Source of the DNA: an uncultured Micavibrio sp.
GTDB taxonomy: Bacteria; Pseudomonadota; Alphaproteobacteria; Micavibrionales; Micavibrionaceae
Assembly (NCBI GenBank): GCA_964562515.1
Contig: CAZLTT010000006.1
Coordinates: forward strand, 1 to 44,745
Reading direction: 5' to 3'
DNA: 44,745 nucleotides
In this document: positions 37,073 through 44,745 of the stretch, one piece after another
Numbering within the stretch: the stretch's first letter is position 1
Layout of the letters: the number at the start of each line of letters is the position of its first letter
Position numbers and translations under genes: made by a program
The notes under the pieces: generated by a model
What the model was told of the DNA's origin: nothing
Databases searched by the model: none
Seen by the model: the letters and a program-made list of their open reading frames with translations, nothing else

Positions 37073-38994
37073 TACATCCACCGTTTCTGCCATGCCTGAA
37101 ACATCAAAACGGCCCATAAGGCTTCGCCGTTACGCCCTTGCCCGTCAAGGTGACGCGTCCATGTCTGGCGAATAATATCGGCGTCCAGAATGCCCTGTTC
37201 TTTCAAGGACTTTTCATCCAGTAAATCTTCCGCCCAATCCCGCAAAGGCCCGCGCAACCAATCCGCGAGCGGAATTGCAAAACCCTGTTTCGGGCGCTCG
37301 AACAACTTGTCGGGCACATGGTTTTTCAAAACTTCCCGCAACAACCATTTACCTTTTTGCTCGCGGATTTTGAAATGTTCGGGCAAGCGCCAACAATATT
37401 CGAAGATGCGGTAATCGAGAAGCGGCGCACGCGCCTCCAGACTGACGGCCATGCTCGCGCGATCAACCTTGGTCAGAATATCATTTGGCAGATAACCAAG
37501 CGTATCCCACAGCATCATCTTTTCCGCAAACCCCAAATCAGCGCGCGGAAGCGGCAGGATCGGCTCGTACAGATCATTATCAATGACAGGCGCAGGCAGC
37601 CATTTACAGATCAAGCGTTCATACACCTGTTCCTGCGTATCAAGGGACATAATCCGCGCTGCTTTCTGCAGCTTATATCCGAATTGCGGCTGACTGGGCC
37701 GCAGCGCATCAAGCGGTCGTTCAGGCATGCGCTTGAGCGTTCCCGCCAAACCGGAGCGAACAATTTTCGGCATCATCCGCATCGTCTTCCAGATTTTCGG
37801 TCCCATCAGATGACGCACATATCCGCCGAGCATTTCATCGCCGCCATCACCAGACAGCGCAACTGTCACATCTTCGCGCGCAAATTTTGAAACCAGATAG
37901 GTCGGGATCGCCGACATATCGGCAAACGGTTCGTCATACATATCGGGCAGCTGCGGAATGACATCGAGCGCGTCTTGCCCCGTGCAAATATGCTCATGAT
38001 GATCCGTACCCAGATGCCGCGCAATTTCTTTGGCAAAAGGCGCTTCGTTATAGGACTCTTCCTCAAACCCGATCGAATAGGTTTTAACGGGCGAGCCTGC
38101 CTGCTTTTGCATCAGCGCCACCACGGCGGAGCTGTCAATACCGCCCGACAAAAACGCACCCAGAGGAACGTCTGAAATCATCCGTTCGCTCACGCATGTA
38201 CTGAGCAGCTCTTCAAAGTCACTGACAATTTTCTTGTCTGACCTGTCAATCATATTGGCCTTGGCATCATCGATAATGCGCACCGGTTCCCAATATGGTT
38301 TCATCTCATCGAGCAAATTATCTCCGGCTTGCAAATTGCTCAGATCGAGACTGGCTCTGTGACCTGCGGGCAATTGCCAGACATTGTAATAGATGGTTTC
38401 GGGCGCTTCGATATAGTTCAGGCGCAAAAACCCTTGCAAGGCATAGGCGTTTACTTGTGCTTCGAAATCCGGATGCGCGCGCAAAGTTTTAAGCTCCGAT
38501 CCGAAAACCAGAGCACTGCCCGCCCAACCGACATAGAGCGGTTTTTTACCCAAGCGGTCACGTACGAAATGCAAAATCTTGTCCTGCCTGTCCCACAAGG
38601 CAAAGGAGAACATGCCGTTTATTTTCTGCAAGGCTTGGTTTAAACCCCAATGCTCAACGGCTGCCAGAAAGACTTCCGTATCACTGCGCCCTTTGAATTT
38701 CGCACCTTTGACCTCTAAATCACGGCGAATATCCTGAAAATTGTAGAACTCGCCGTTAAAAACAATAACATAGCGGTCAGAGGCCGAAGCCATGGGCTGC
38801 TCGCCGTCCTTGGTCAGGTCAATAATCGATAAACGGCGATGCGCCAGAACCAAAGGCCTGTCTGGGTCTTGCCACAAATTACCGCTATCGGGCCCGCGAT
38901 GCGTAATAGTATCGGCCATCTTCTGACCGAGCACGTGCAGCTCACTGCGGGACGCAGTGCTTTTGAGGGCAAATAAACCTGTAAAACCGCACAT
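37072..38994 (-). CDS. asnB: Asparagine synthase (glutamine-hydrolysing) family amidotransferase
   Basis: 640 aa. N-terminal nucleophile MCGF. PP-loop SGGIDSS. Its position next to a glycosyltransferase suggests a glycan-associated paralog. Confidence 0.85.
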   Translation of the reverse strand: MCGFTGLFALKSTASRSELHVLGQKMADTITHRGPDSGNLWQDPDRPLVLAHRRLSIIDLTKDGEQPMASASDRYVIVFNGEFYNFQDIRRDLEVKGAKFKGRSDTEVFLAAVEHWGLNQALQKINGMFSFALWDRQDKILHFVRDRLGKKPLYVGWAGSALVFGSELKTLRAHPDFEAQVNAYALQGFLRLNYIEAPETIYYNVWQLPAGHRASLDLSNLQAGDNLLDEMKPYWEPVRIIDDAKANMIDRSDKKIVSDFEELLSTCVSERMISDVPLGAFLSGGIDSSAVVALMQKQAGSPVKTYSIGFEEESYNEAPFAKEIARHLGTDHHEHICTGQDALDVIPQLPDMYDEPFADMSAIPTYLVSKFAREDVTVALSGDGGDEMLGGYVRHLMGPKIWKTMRMMPKIVRSGLAGTLKRMPERPLDALRPSQPQFGYKLQKAARIMSLDTQEQVYERLICKWLPAPVIDNDLYEPILPLPRADLGFAEKMMLWDTLGYLPNDILTKVDRASMAVSLEARAPLLDYRIFEYCWRLPEHFKIREQKGKWLLREVLKNHVPDKLFERPKQGFAIPLADWLRGPLRDWAEDLLDEKSLKEQGILDADIIRQTWTRHLDGQGRNGEALWAVLMFQAWQKRWM

Positions 38995-39091
38995 AAAAGT
39001 CTATATTTCTTGTTAGATAACCAATTCGGTCAAAAGTTTGGTAAAATGATTTATACACTAAATCAAGCCATATGAAACGAGGGTATGCTTC

Positions 39092-39709
39092 ATGAATATC
39101 GATCTGTTATTTACGGCGCAAGGCGAAGCGGGCCTGATCTCGAGTGAAAATCTCGTGCAGAAGGTCGCGGGCGTTGTCTATGACACGGAAAGCGGGCTTT
39201 TAACCCTCGAATTTGTCGATATGGATTTTCTGGAATTGAATATCCCTGTCGAAAGCGAATTTAATGCGACCCTTGATATGTGCCCGCAAATTCATATCGG
39301 CGCGATCAAGGAAGGGAATATCGCCCAAGCCTATCAAGTACCGTTCATGTTTCTGGATGACCCGTATCGCACGGAAGTTTTTAAAAGCGTTCAGCAGCCT
39401 CCAAATCCGTTGGAGGCATTCAATTACTTCGTGAAGGCGACAGTCTTTGGCCAACCCGTCCATCGTGACGATCTGGGTGATGAAAGTGCAATGGGCTGTA
39501 TCTTGGGTGATGCCGTGCCGTCCTCTCTTCAATTCGCACCGCATCTGGCGCGCCGCCATCAAATGGAGGTCGCACCGAAATCCGCACCATCCGGCCCCGG
39601 TCCGAGTGCTCCCGGGTTAGGCGGAGGAGGTGGTGGTGGCACACCGATCGGCCGCATCAATAGAGGCGGCGGGGGCAATACAATCCCACCCAAAAAATCA
39701 GACGATTAA
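39092..39709 (+). CDS. Hypothetical protein with a Pro/Gly-rich C-terminal tail
   Basis: 205 aa. GAGGG upstream. Globular N-terminal part of about 150 aa, then APKSAPSGPGPSAPGLGGGGGGGTPIGRINRGGGGNTIPPKK. Confidence 0.5.
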   Translation: MNIDLLFTAQGEAGLISSENLVQKVAGVVYDTESGLLTLEFVDMDFLELNIPVESEFNATLDMCPQIHIGAIKEGNIAQAYQVPFMFLDDPYRTEVFKSVQQPPNPLEAFNYFVKATVFGQPVHRDDLGDESAMGCILGDAVPSSLQFAPHLARRHQMEVAPKSAPSGPGPSAPGLGGGGGGGTPIGRINRGGGGNTIPPKKSDD

Positions 39710-39807
39710 ACGCGCGTTTTTCTGCCAAAAAATCTGAACTTTTCCTGTCTTGGATCGTATGTAAGGCGAGACCAAAAACGATTTTAAAGAAGGAGAAACA
39801 CATAGCT

Positions 39808-40260
39808 ATGAGCCAGTCAGATATTCAAAAAGAACTAAAAGTCGTATTGGCCGATACGTTTGTTTTATATTTTAAAACCCATGCATTTCATTGGAATGTA
39901 ACAGGCCCGCGTTTTAAAACGCTGCATGAAATGTTTGAAGAACAATATACCGAGATGTGGAAAGCATCCGATGAAATCGCCGAGCGTATTCGCACAATCG
40001 GTGCCTTTACGGCGAACAATCCCGAAGGCGTGATGAAAGACGCAACGCTGGAACATGTGAGCCAAACGCCTGATGCGAACGAAATGATTAAGATGTTGGC
40101 GAATGATAACCGCGAAATTGTGAAATCATTGAAAAAAGCGGCCGAAGTGGCGGTCGAAAATGAAGATCCTGCCACAGAAGATTTGATGATCGAGCGTATT
40201 CAAGCGCATGAAGAAGCGGCTTGGATGCTTGAAAGCTCTATTGATAAGGCTGCTGCTTGA
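39808..40260 (+). CDS. dps: Dps family DNA-protection/ferritin-like protein
   Basis: 150 aa. HWNVTGPRFKTLHEMFEEQY ferroxidase-site signature. AAGGAGA upstream. Confidence 0.9.
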   Translation: MSQSDIQKELKVVLADTFVLYFKTHAFHWNVTGPRFKTLHEMFEEQYTEMWKASDEIAERIRTIGAFTANNPEGVMKDATLEHVSQTPDANEMIKMLANDNREIVKSLKKAAEVAVENEDPATEDLMIERIQAHEEAAWMLESSIDKAAA

Positions 40261-40261
40261 A

Positions 40262-41350
40262 TTATTGCTGCTGGCGTCTGATTTTACGCCATTTGGCAAC
40301 ATTGGCATTGTGCTCGGACAATGTTTTCGCAAATGCGTGTCCGCCAGTGCCGTCAGCAACAAAGTAGATATAATCATGCTGCCCGGGGTTCAATACGGCT
40401 TCTATAGAGGCCTTCCCCGGGTTTGCTATTGGTCCGGGCGGCAGACCTGCGTTCTTATATGTGTTGTAAGGTGAATTAAACTGCAGGTCTTTTTTCAGCA
40501 AGCGGCGGCCTAGTGGACCTTTTCCATCGTTCTTATGCTTGCCCTTGGTAATTGCATAAATCACTGTTGGGTCAGTTTGCAAAGGAATCCCTTTACGTAG
40601 CCGGTTCATAAACACACCCGCAACTTTCTCGCGTTCTTCGGCTACGGCTGTTTCTTTTTCGACAATCGATGCAAGCGTCAAGACGTCACCGACTGTTTTA
40701 AGCGGCTTGGGTGCAGGCGCACATTCCATATCCAGAAAGTCTTTCATTGTCGCGCCTGCTTCTTTCTCGAGCAAAACATGACAAGCAGGCAATACAACCT
40801 GTTCCATCGCTGCGTCCATACGCTCGATCAATTTGCTCCGTGGCTCGTCCTTTTGAAAATCATATGTGTTGGGCAGCAAGACACCCTCGGTCGGGATGTT
40901 TTGAACCTCCCCGCTTAAATTTTCGGCTTCGTTCAGCAAGCGGACGACTTCGAAACTGGTCAAACCTTCCCGAACGGTAATACGTCGGCCAACAGTCTTG
41001 CCATTGGCCATCATCCACATAATGTCTTTGGCACTCATGCCCGGCTGAACTTCGTATTCTCCGGCTTGAAGAGAAGTATGCTGACCCAATATGGTCATAC
41101 CAATTTGAAAAATGAACGGGTCTTCGATTAACCCGTCACGATAAAGCATTCCGGCTATCTGGTTGCCGCTTGTTCCGCGCTCGACTACGAACAATGTTGG
41201 CTCTGTCGCCAGCCCGTCTTTGGAGAACTGGGTTGCGCCCCACCAAAATAAAAGGGCTGCCAAAATCACACCGATCGTAGATGAATAGACAACCAACCCT
41301 AAAACCAATTGTCCGAAAGACAGTTTGCGTTTTTTGGGTTGGTCACTCAT
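40262..41350 (-). CDS. mltG: Endolytic murein transglycosylase MltG (YceG-like)
   Basis: 362 aa. N-terminal TM. ASIVEKE and VFMNRLRKGIPLQTDPTVIYA signatures. Confidence 0.9.
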   Translation of the reverse strand: MSDQPKKRKLSFGQLVLGLVVYSSTIGVILAALLFWWGATQFSKDGLATEPTLFVVERGTSGNQIAGMLYRDGLIEDPFIFQIGMTILGQHTSLQAGEYEVQPGMSAKDIMWMMANGKTVGRRITVREGLTSFEVVRLLNEAENLSGEVQNIPTEGVLLPNTYDFQKDEPRSKLIERMDAAMEQVVLPACHVLLEKEAGATMKDFLDMECAPAPKPLKTVGDVLTLASIVEKETAVAEEREKVAGVFMNRLRKGIPLQTDPTVIYAITKGKHKNDGKGPLGRRLLKKDLQFNSPYNTYKNAGLPPGPIANPGKASIEAVLNPGQHDYIYFVADGTGGHAFAKTLSEHNANVAKWRKIRRQQQ

Positions 41351-41356
41351 GAAGTT

Positions 41357-42628
41357 TTAAACCGCGCGCATAACGATGGATGCGTTTGTGCCACCAAATC
41401 CGAAAGAGTTCGACAGAACGGTTTTGATCTCTTTTTCCTTGGCTTCTTTAGGAACAAGGTCAATCCCGTTGCAGTTCTCAGAAGGGTTATCGAGATTCAA
41501 TGTTGGTGGCATTACGCCTGTTTGCATCGCCTTGATCGAATAGATCGCTTCGACCGCACCGGCAGCACCAAGCAAGTGCCCGATCGCCGATTTGGTTGAA
41601 GACATCGACATTGTATCCAATGCATTCGTGAAGAGGCGTTTGACCGCGCCGAATTCAATCCCGTCACCAAGCGGTGTCGATGTTCCGTGCGCATTCACAT
41701 AGTCAATATCTTCGGGGTTCAACTCCGCACGTTTCAGAGCGGCTTGCATAGCGCGAAAACCACCGTCACCATCTTCAGCCGGAGATGTAATATGGTGCGC
41801 ATCACCCGATAGACCGTAACCGATCACTTCACCGTAAATGGTCGCACCACGTTTCTTCGCGTGCTCGTATTCTTCCAAGACGACAATACCTGCACCTTCA
41901 CCGATAACGAATCCGTCACGGCCTTCGTCCCACGGGCGGGATGCTTCTTCGGGCGTGTCGTTATATCCGGTTGAAAGTGCACGTGCGGCTGCAAAGCCTG
42001 CAACGCCCAAACGGCAAACCGCACCTTCGGCACCGCCTGCAATCATCACGTCTGCATCATCCAGAGCAATTAAACGGGCCGCATCGCCAATCGCGTGCGT
42101 ACCGGTTGCACATGCCGTAACCACCGAGTGGTTCGGGCCTTTATAACCATATTTGATCGAAACATGACCGCTGACGAGGTTGATCAACGCCGCGGGCACA
42201 AAGAACGGTGAAATACGGCGCGGGCCGCGTTCGTTCATCAATGTCGATGTTTTGTAGATTTCATCCAGACCGCCAATACCCGATCCGATCAAAACACCTG
42301 TACGGTTGAAGTCTTCGTCATTTGAAGGCTCCCAACCTGAATCCGCAATCGCTTCTTGTGCGGCGGCCATACCGTAAACGATGAATTCATCAACTTTACG
42401 CTGCTCTTTAGGCTCCATGAATACATCAGGATTATAAGCGCCGTTCGTCGGGTTTTCATCTTCCGAACGCGGAATGATACCCGCAATGCGCGAAGTGATA
42501 TCGGACACATCGAAATGCTCGATCTTTTTGATACCGCTCTTGCCGTTTGTAATTTCTTTCCAGTTATGGTCAACGCCCACACCAAGCGGGGAAACCATAC
42601 CTAAACCAGTAACAACCACACGTCTCAT
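41357..42628 (-). CDS. fabF: 3-oxoacyl-ACP synthase II
   Basis: I prefer the ATG at 42628 (MRRVVVTGLGMVSP), with TAGGAG upstream. Active-site C in VVTACATG. HGTSTPLGD and NSFGFGGTN motifs. Confidence 0.95.
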   Translation of the reverse strand: MRRVVVTGLGMVSPLGVGVDHNWKEITNGKSGIKKIEHFDVSDITSRIAGIIPRSEDENPTNGAYNPDVFMEPKEQRKVDEFIVYGMAAAQEAIADSGWEPSNDEDFNRTGVLIGSGIGGLDEIYKTSTLMNERGPRRISPFFVPAALINLVSGHVSIKYGYKGPNHSVVTACATGTHAIGDAARLIALDDADVMIAGGAEGAVCRLGVAGFAAARALSTGYNDTPEEASRPWDEGRDGFVIGEGAGIVVLEEYEHAKKRGATIYGEVIGYGLSGDAHHITSPAEDGDGGFRAMQAALKRAELNPEDIDYVNAHGTSTPLGDGIEFGAVKRLFTNALDTMSMSSTKSAIGHLLGAAGAVEAIYSIKAMQTGVMPPTLNLDNPSENCNGIDLVPKEAKEKEIKTVLSNSFGFGGTNASIVMRAV

Positions 42629-42652
42629 AATGCTTACTCCTAGATGCAAAGA

Positions 42653-42676
42653 CAGCCGCACTAAACCGCGCGGCTG
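42653..42676 (-). other. Hairpin in the acpP-fabF spacer
   Basis: 7-bp stem CAGCCGC/GCGGCTG with a 10-nt loop and no U-tract. It could be a partial attenuator or processing/stability element between acpP and fabF. Confidence 0.35.
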
Positions 42677-42700
42677 ACATTCTAAAATCAGTTAAAACGC

Positions 42701-42940
42701 TTACTCAGCAGCGTTTTCTTTGATGAAATTCACTGCGTCGCCAACAGTTTGGATTTTCTCGGCAGCATCATCAGGGATTTCAACGCTGAATTCCTCTTCA
42801 AACGCCATGACCAACTCAACAGTGTCGAGGGAGTCAGCACCCAAATCATCAATAAAGCTGGCACCTTCTGCTACTTTGTCTTCTTCGACGCCCAGATGCT
42901 CAACAACAATCTTTTTCACGCGATCGGCAATGTCACTCAT
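42701..42940 (-). CDS. acpP: Acyl carrier protein
   Basis: 79 aa. Phosphopantetheine site [19 protein letters not shown]. Confidence 0.95.
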   Translation of the reverse strand: MSDIADRVKKIVVEHLGVEEDKVAEGASFIDDLGADSLDTVELVMAFEEEFSVEIPDDAAEKIQTVGDAVNFIKENAAE

Positions 42941-43073
42941 TGTTCTTCCTTATCTTATTACTTGTGAAGTATTCGGTTAGATGTCTTTAACAGCCCCGAA
43001 CTTTAACAGCCCGCGCCTCGATTGCAAGACATTTTGTTGAATTAGCATAACCTTATGTGATTCCAAACCTTTT

Positions 43074-43739
43074 TCAGGTTTTTACGTGGTCGTGAATGTG
43101 GATAAGGGAATCGATAATGGCATCCGCTCCGGCGTTTTTCAGGGCATTTGCCTGCTTTTCGGGATCGTGCGCTGTACCGACATATCCCAACACGTGAATA
43201 TCCGCGGCGCGCGCTGCCGCCACCCCTGCGGGGCTGTCTTCAATCACCAGACTGTTTTGCGGCGCGACCCCCATCTTTTCGCATGCAAAGAAAAACAGAT
43301 CCGGCGCGGGTTTTGGCTTTTCGACCTGAATTTTGGTGAAAATACGGTCATCGCTGAAATGCTTGATGAGGTTGGTTACCTCAAGGCTTTTAATAACGTT
43401 ATTCCGTTCTCCGTTCGAACCAACACACAGCGCATGATTGTCATTTAATGCCGTCAGGACCTGATCGGCGTGCGGTGCGGCGTCGAAATCATGATTCATC
43501 TTCTCGTTCGCTATACGGATATAACGCTCGATTATATCGTCGGGCATGGGTTCGCCGTGACGCTCTTCCAAGACATGACGAATGGTGCTCCAACTTTGCC
43601 CCGCAAAATGTTCCAGACACATTTCGGGCGTATACTCGTCGTAACCGATTTCGTTCAAAAGCTCGGCCGTGATGGAGTTGTAAAGATATTCGCTATCGAC
43701 GAGTGTGCCGTCGCAATCAAAGATAATCAGGTGGTGCAT
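43074..43739 (-). CDS. HAD-IA family hydrolase (beta-phosphoglucomutase/phosphatase-like)
   Basis: 221 aa. IIFDCDGTLVDSE, VGSNGE, KPAPD and IEDSPAGV motifs appear in order. Confidence 0.8.
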   Translation of the reverse strand: MHHLIIFDCDGTLVDSEYLYNSITAELLNEIGYDEYTPEMCLEHFAGQSWSTIRHVLEERHGEPMPDDIIERYIRIANEKMNHDFDAAPHADQVLTALNDNHALCVGSNGERNNVIKSLEVTNLIKHFSDDRIFTKIQVEKPKPAPDLFFFACEKMGVAPQNSLVIEDSPAGVAAARAADIHVLGYVGTAHDPEKQANALKNAGADAIIDSLIHIHDHVKT

Positions 43740-43779
43740 AATCTGCTACACTATATAGGTGGGAACAAAGGGAGAGGAA

Positions 43780-44358
43780 ATGAAAATTCGTAAATTTCTG
43801 ATAATTGCCTGTTTATCTTTATGCATCGCCGCGCCGGTCAGCGCACAAGATATGACGCTCGATGAAGCCTATATGCAGGTCCATAACAAGCAGCGCAAAC
43901 CCTATAACCCCAAACAAACCCGCATCGCCGCGCAGGATGCAAAATATCTCGATCATTACTTTTTCGCGGCCGATCTGGCGATGCGCGCTCGCGTGATGAC
44001 TTTGCGCCATTTCAACGGTCAGACCCGCGCAATGAGCACGGCGCGTTATAACGAGGAGATCGATAGTATAGTCGACAGCTTTCACATGATCGACACACCG
44101 CGCCATTTGGAGAAGGCGGAAAAGCTGCTGATTCAGGCGATCCGCGATCAGCAGGATTTTTTCAACGAATGGAGAAACGTGGAAGGCACACCGCGTTACG
44201 AGCAATTAAAGAAAAACTATCTCACCCACCCGAAAGTGGTCAGCTCGCACCGTCTGTTGATAACGGCTTATAGCATGCTTAAAGCACAATACCCGAGAGA
44301 GACTGCTGCGAACCAACAGTCTTTCTATGATCATTTATGCGCGCTTGATTTTATTTAG
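43780..44358 (+). CDS. Secreted hypothetical protein
   Basis: The ATG at 43780 has GGAGAGG upstream; the track start at 43759 is a GTG. Signal peptide MKIRKFLIIACLSLCIAAPVSAQ. Helical with no recognisable domain. Confidence 0.5.
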   Translation: MKIRKFLIIACLSLCIAAPVSAQDMTLDEAYMQVHNKQRKPYNPKQTRIAAQDAKYLDHYFFAADLAMRARVMTLRHFNGQTRAMSTARYNEEIDSIVDSFHMIDTPRHLEKAEKLLIQAIRDQQDFFNEWRNVEGTPRYEQLKKNYLTHPKVVSSHRLLITAYSMLKAQYPRETAANQQSFYDHLCALDFI

Positions 44359-44362
44359 AGCT

Positions 44363-44745
44363 TTAAATCATCGCCATGCCGCCATTTACATGGATCGTTT
44401 GTCCAGTAACGTAGGCAGCTTCGTCTGAGGCGAGGAACACTACGGCAGCGGCGATGTCTTCGGATGAACCCATTTTGCCCGCAGGAATAGTCGAATTGAT
44501 CTTGGCTTTTTGATCGTCATTCAGCGCATCGGTCATCGCGGTGGCAATAAAGCCCGGCGCGACGCAGTTAATCGTGATACCGCGACTTGCAACTTCCGCT
44601 GCCATCGCTTTTGACCAACCAATCATACCGGCCTTTGATGCAACATAGTTACACTGACCGGGGTTACCCGTTACGCCAACAACAGACGCGATATTGATTA
44701 CACGGCCTGCGCGGCGTTTCATCATGCCGCGTTGCAGGGCTTTGG
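44363..44745 (-). CDS. fabG: 3-oxoacyl-ACP reductase (C-terminal part; N-terminus lies beyond the window end)
   Basis: SDR catalytic YxxxK in NYVASKAG. C-terminal [13 protein letters not shown]. The reading frame stays open to the window edge. Confidence 0.9.
   Translation of the reverse strand, partial: KALQRGMMKRRAGRVINIASVVGVTGNPGQCNYVASKAGMIGWSKAMAAEVASRGITINCVAPGFIATAMTDALNDDQKAKINSTIPAGKMGSSEDIAAAVVFLASDEAAYVTGQTIHVNGGMAMI

Noticed and set aside
39600-39690. A run of GGN codons (ggcggaggaggtggtggtggc ... ggcggcgggggc), considered as a possible tandem repeat.
   Set aside because: It is in frame within the 205-aa ORF and encodes poly-Gly with mixed codons. It is low-complexity coding sequence, not a repeat element.
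39707-39722. The palindrome AAACGCGCGTTT followed by TT, just after the stop of the 205-aa gene, considered as a possible terminator.
   Set aside because: A hairpin would have at most a 4-bp A/T stem with a 4-nt loop. That is too weak to call.

Overview
This is a 44.7-kb, gene-dense, chromosomal-looking segment with about 50 CDS on both strands. I see no rRNA or tRNA genes, CRISPR arrays, transposases, integrases or large repeats.

Most of the content is housekeeping:
- Purine: guaB, guaA.
- Methionine: metF, and metE behind a SAM-II riboswitch.
- Threonine: thrC.
- PLP synthase: pdxS and pdxT, split by an outer-membrane beta-barrel gene.
- Fatty-acid synthesis: fabG (partial), acpP, fabF, followed by mltG.
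- RNA modification: rlmE, rsmB-like, rluA-like.
- Envelope thiol-redox and copper handling: PCu(A)C, two DsbA-like proteins, a DsbD-domain protein.
- Peptidases: M48/BepA-like, M32, M16.
- Others: two GT4 glycosyltransferases with asnB, dps, dgkA, and a TetR plus NemA-like OYE detox operon.

Gene order together with a SAM-II riboswitch suggests an alphaproteobacterium. This is inference only.

The genome is very compact. Several convergent gene pairs share or abut stop codons, and several same-strand pairs overlap as ATGA, GTGA or TAATG.

No recognisable named defence or mobile system is present. The parts worth a second look are:
1. A three-gene minus-strand patch between rlmE and guaB. It holds an extended PemK/MazF-like protein preceded by an unannotated 52-codon ORF with its own promoter.
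2. Two SD-preceded micro-ORFs and a duplicated palindromic operator in the TetR/OYE operon, where tetR looks leaderless.
3. A tandem pair of paralogous unknown proteins next to a membrane J-domain protein downstream of metE.
4. A CheY-like regulator with an Arg-rich tail, translationally coupled to an acidic unknown protein.
5. A 12-Cys secreted protein coupled to guaA.

All functional calls come from motif reading by eye. No database search was run.
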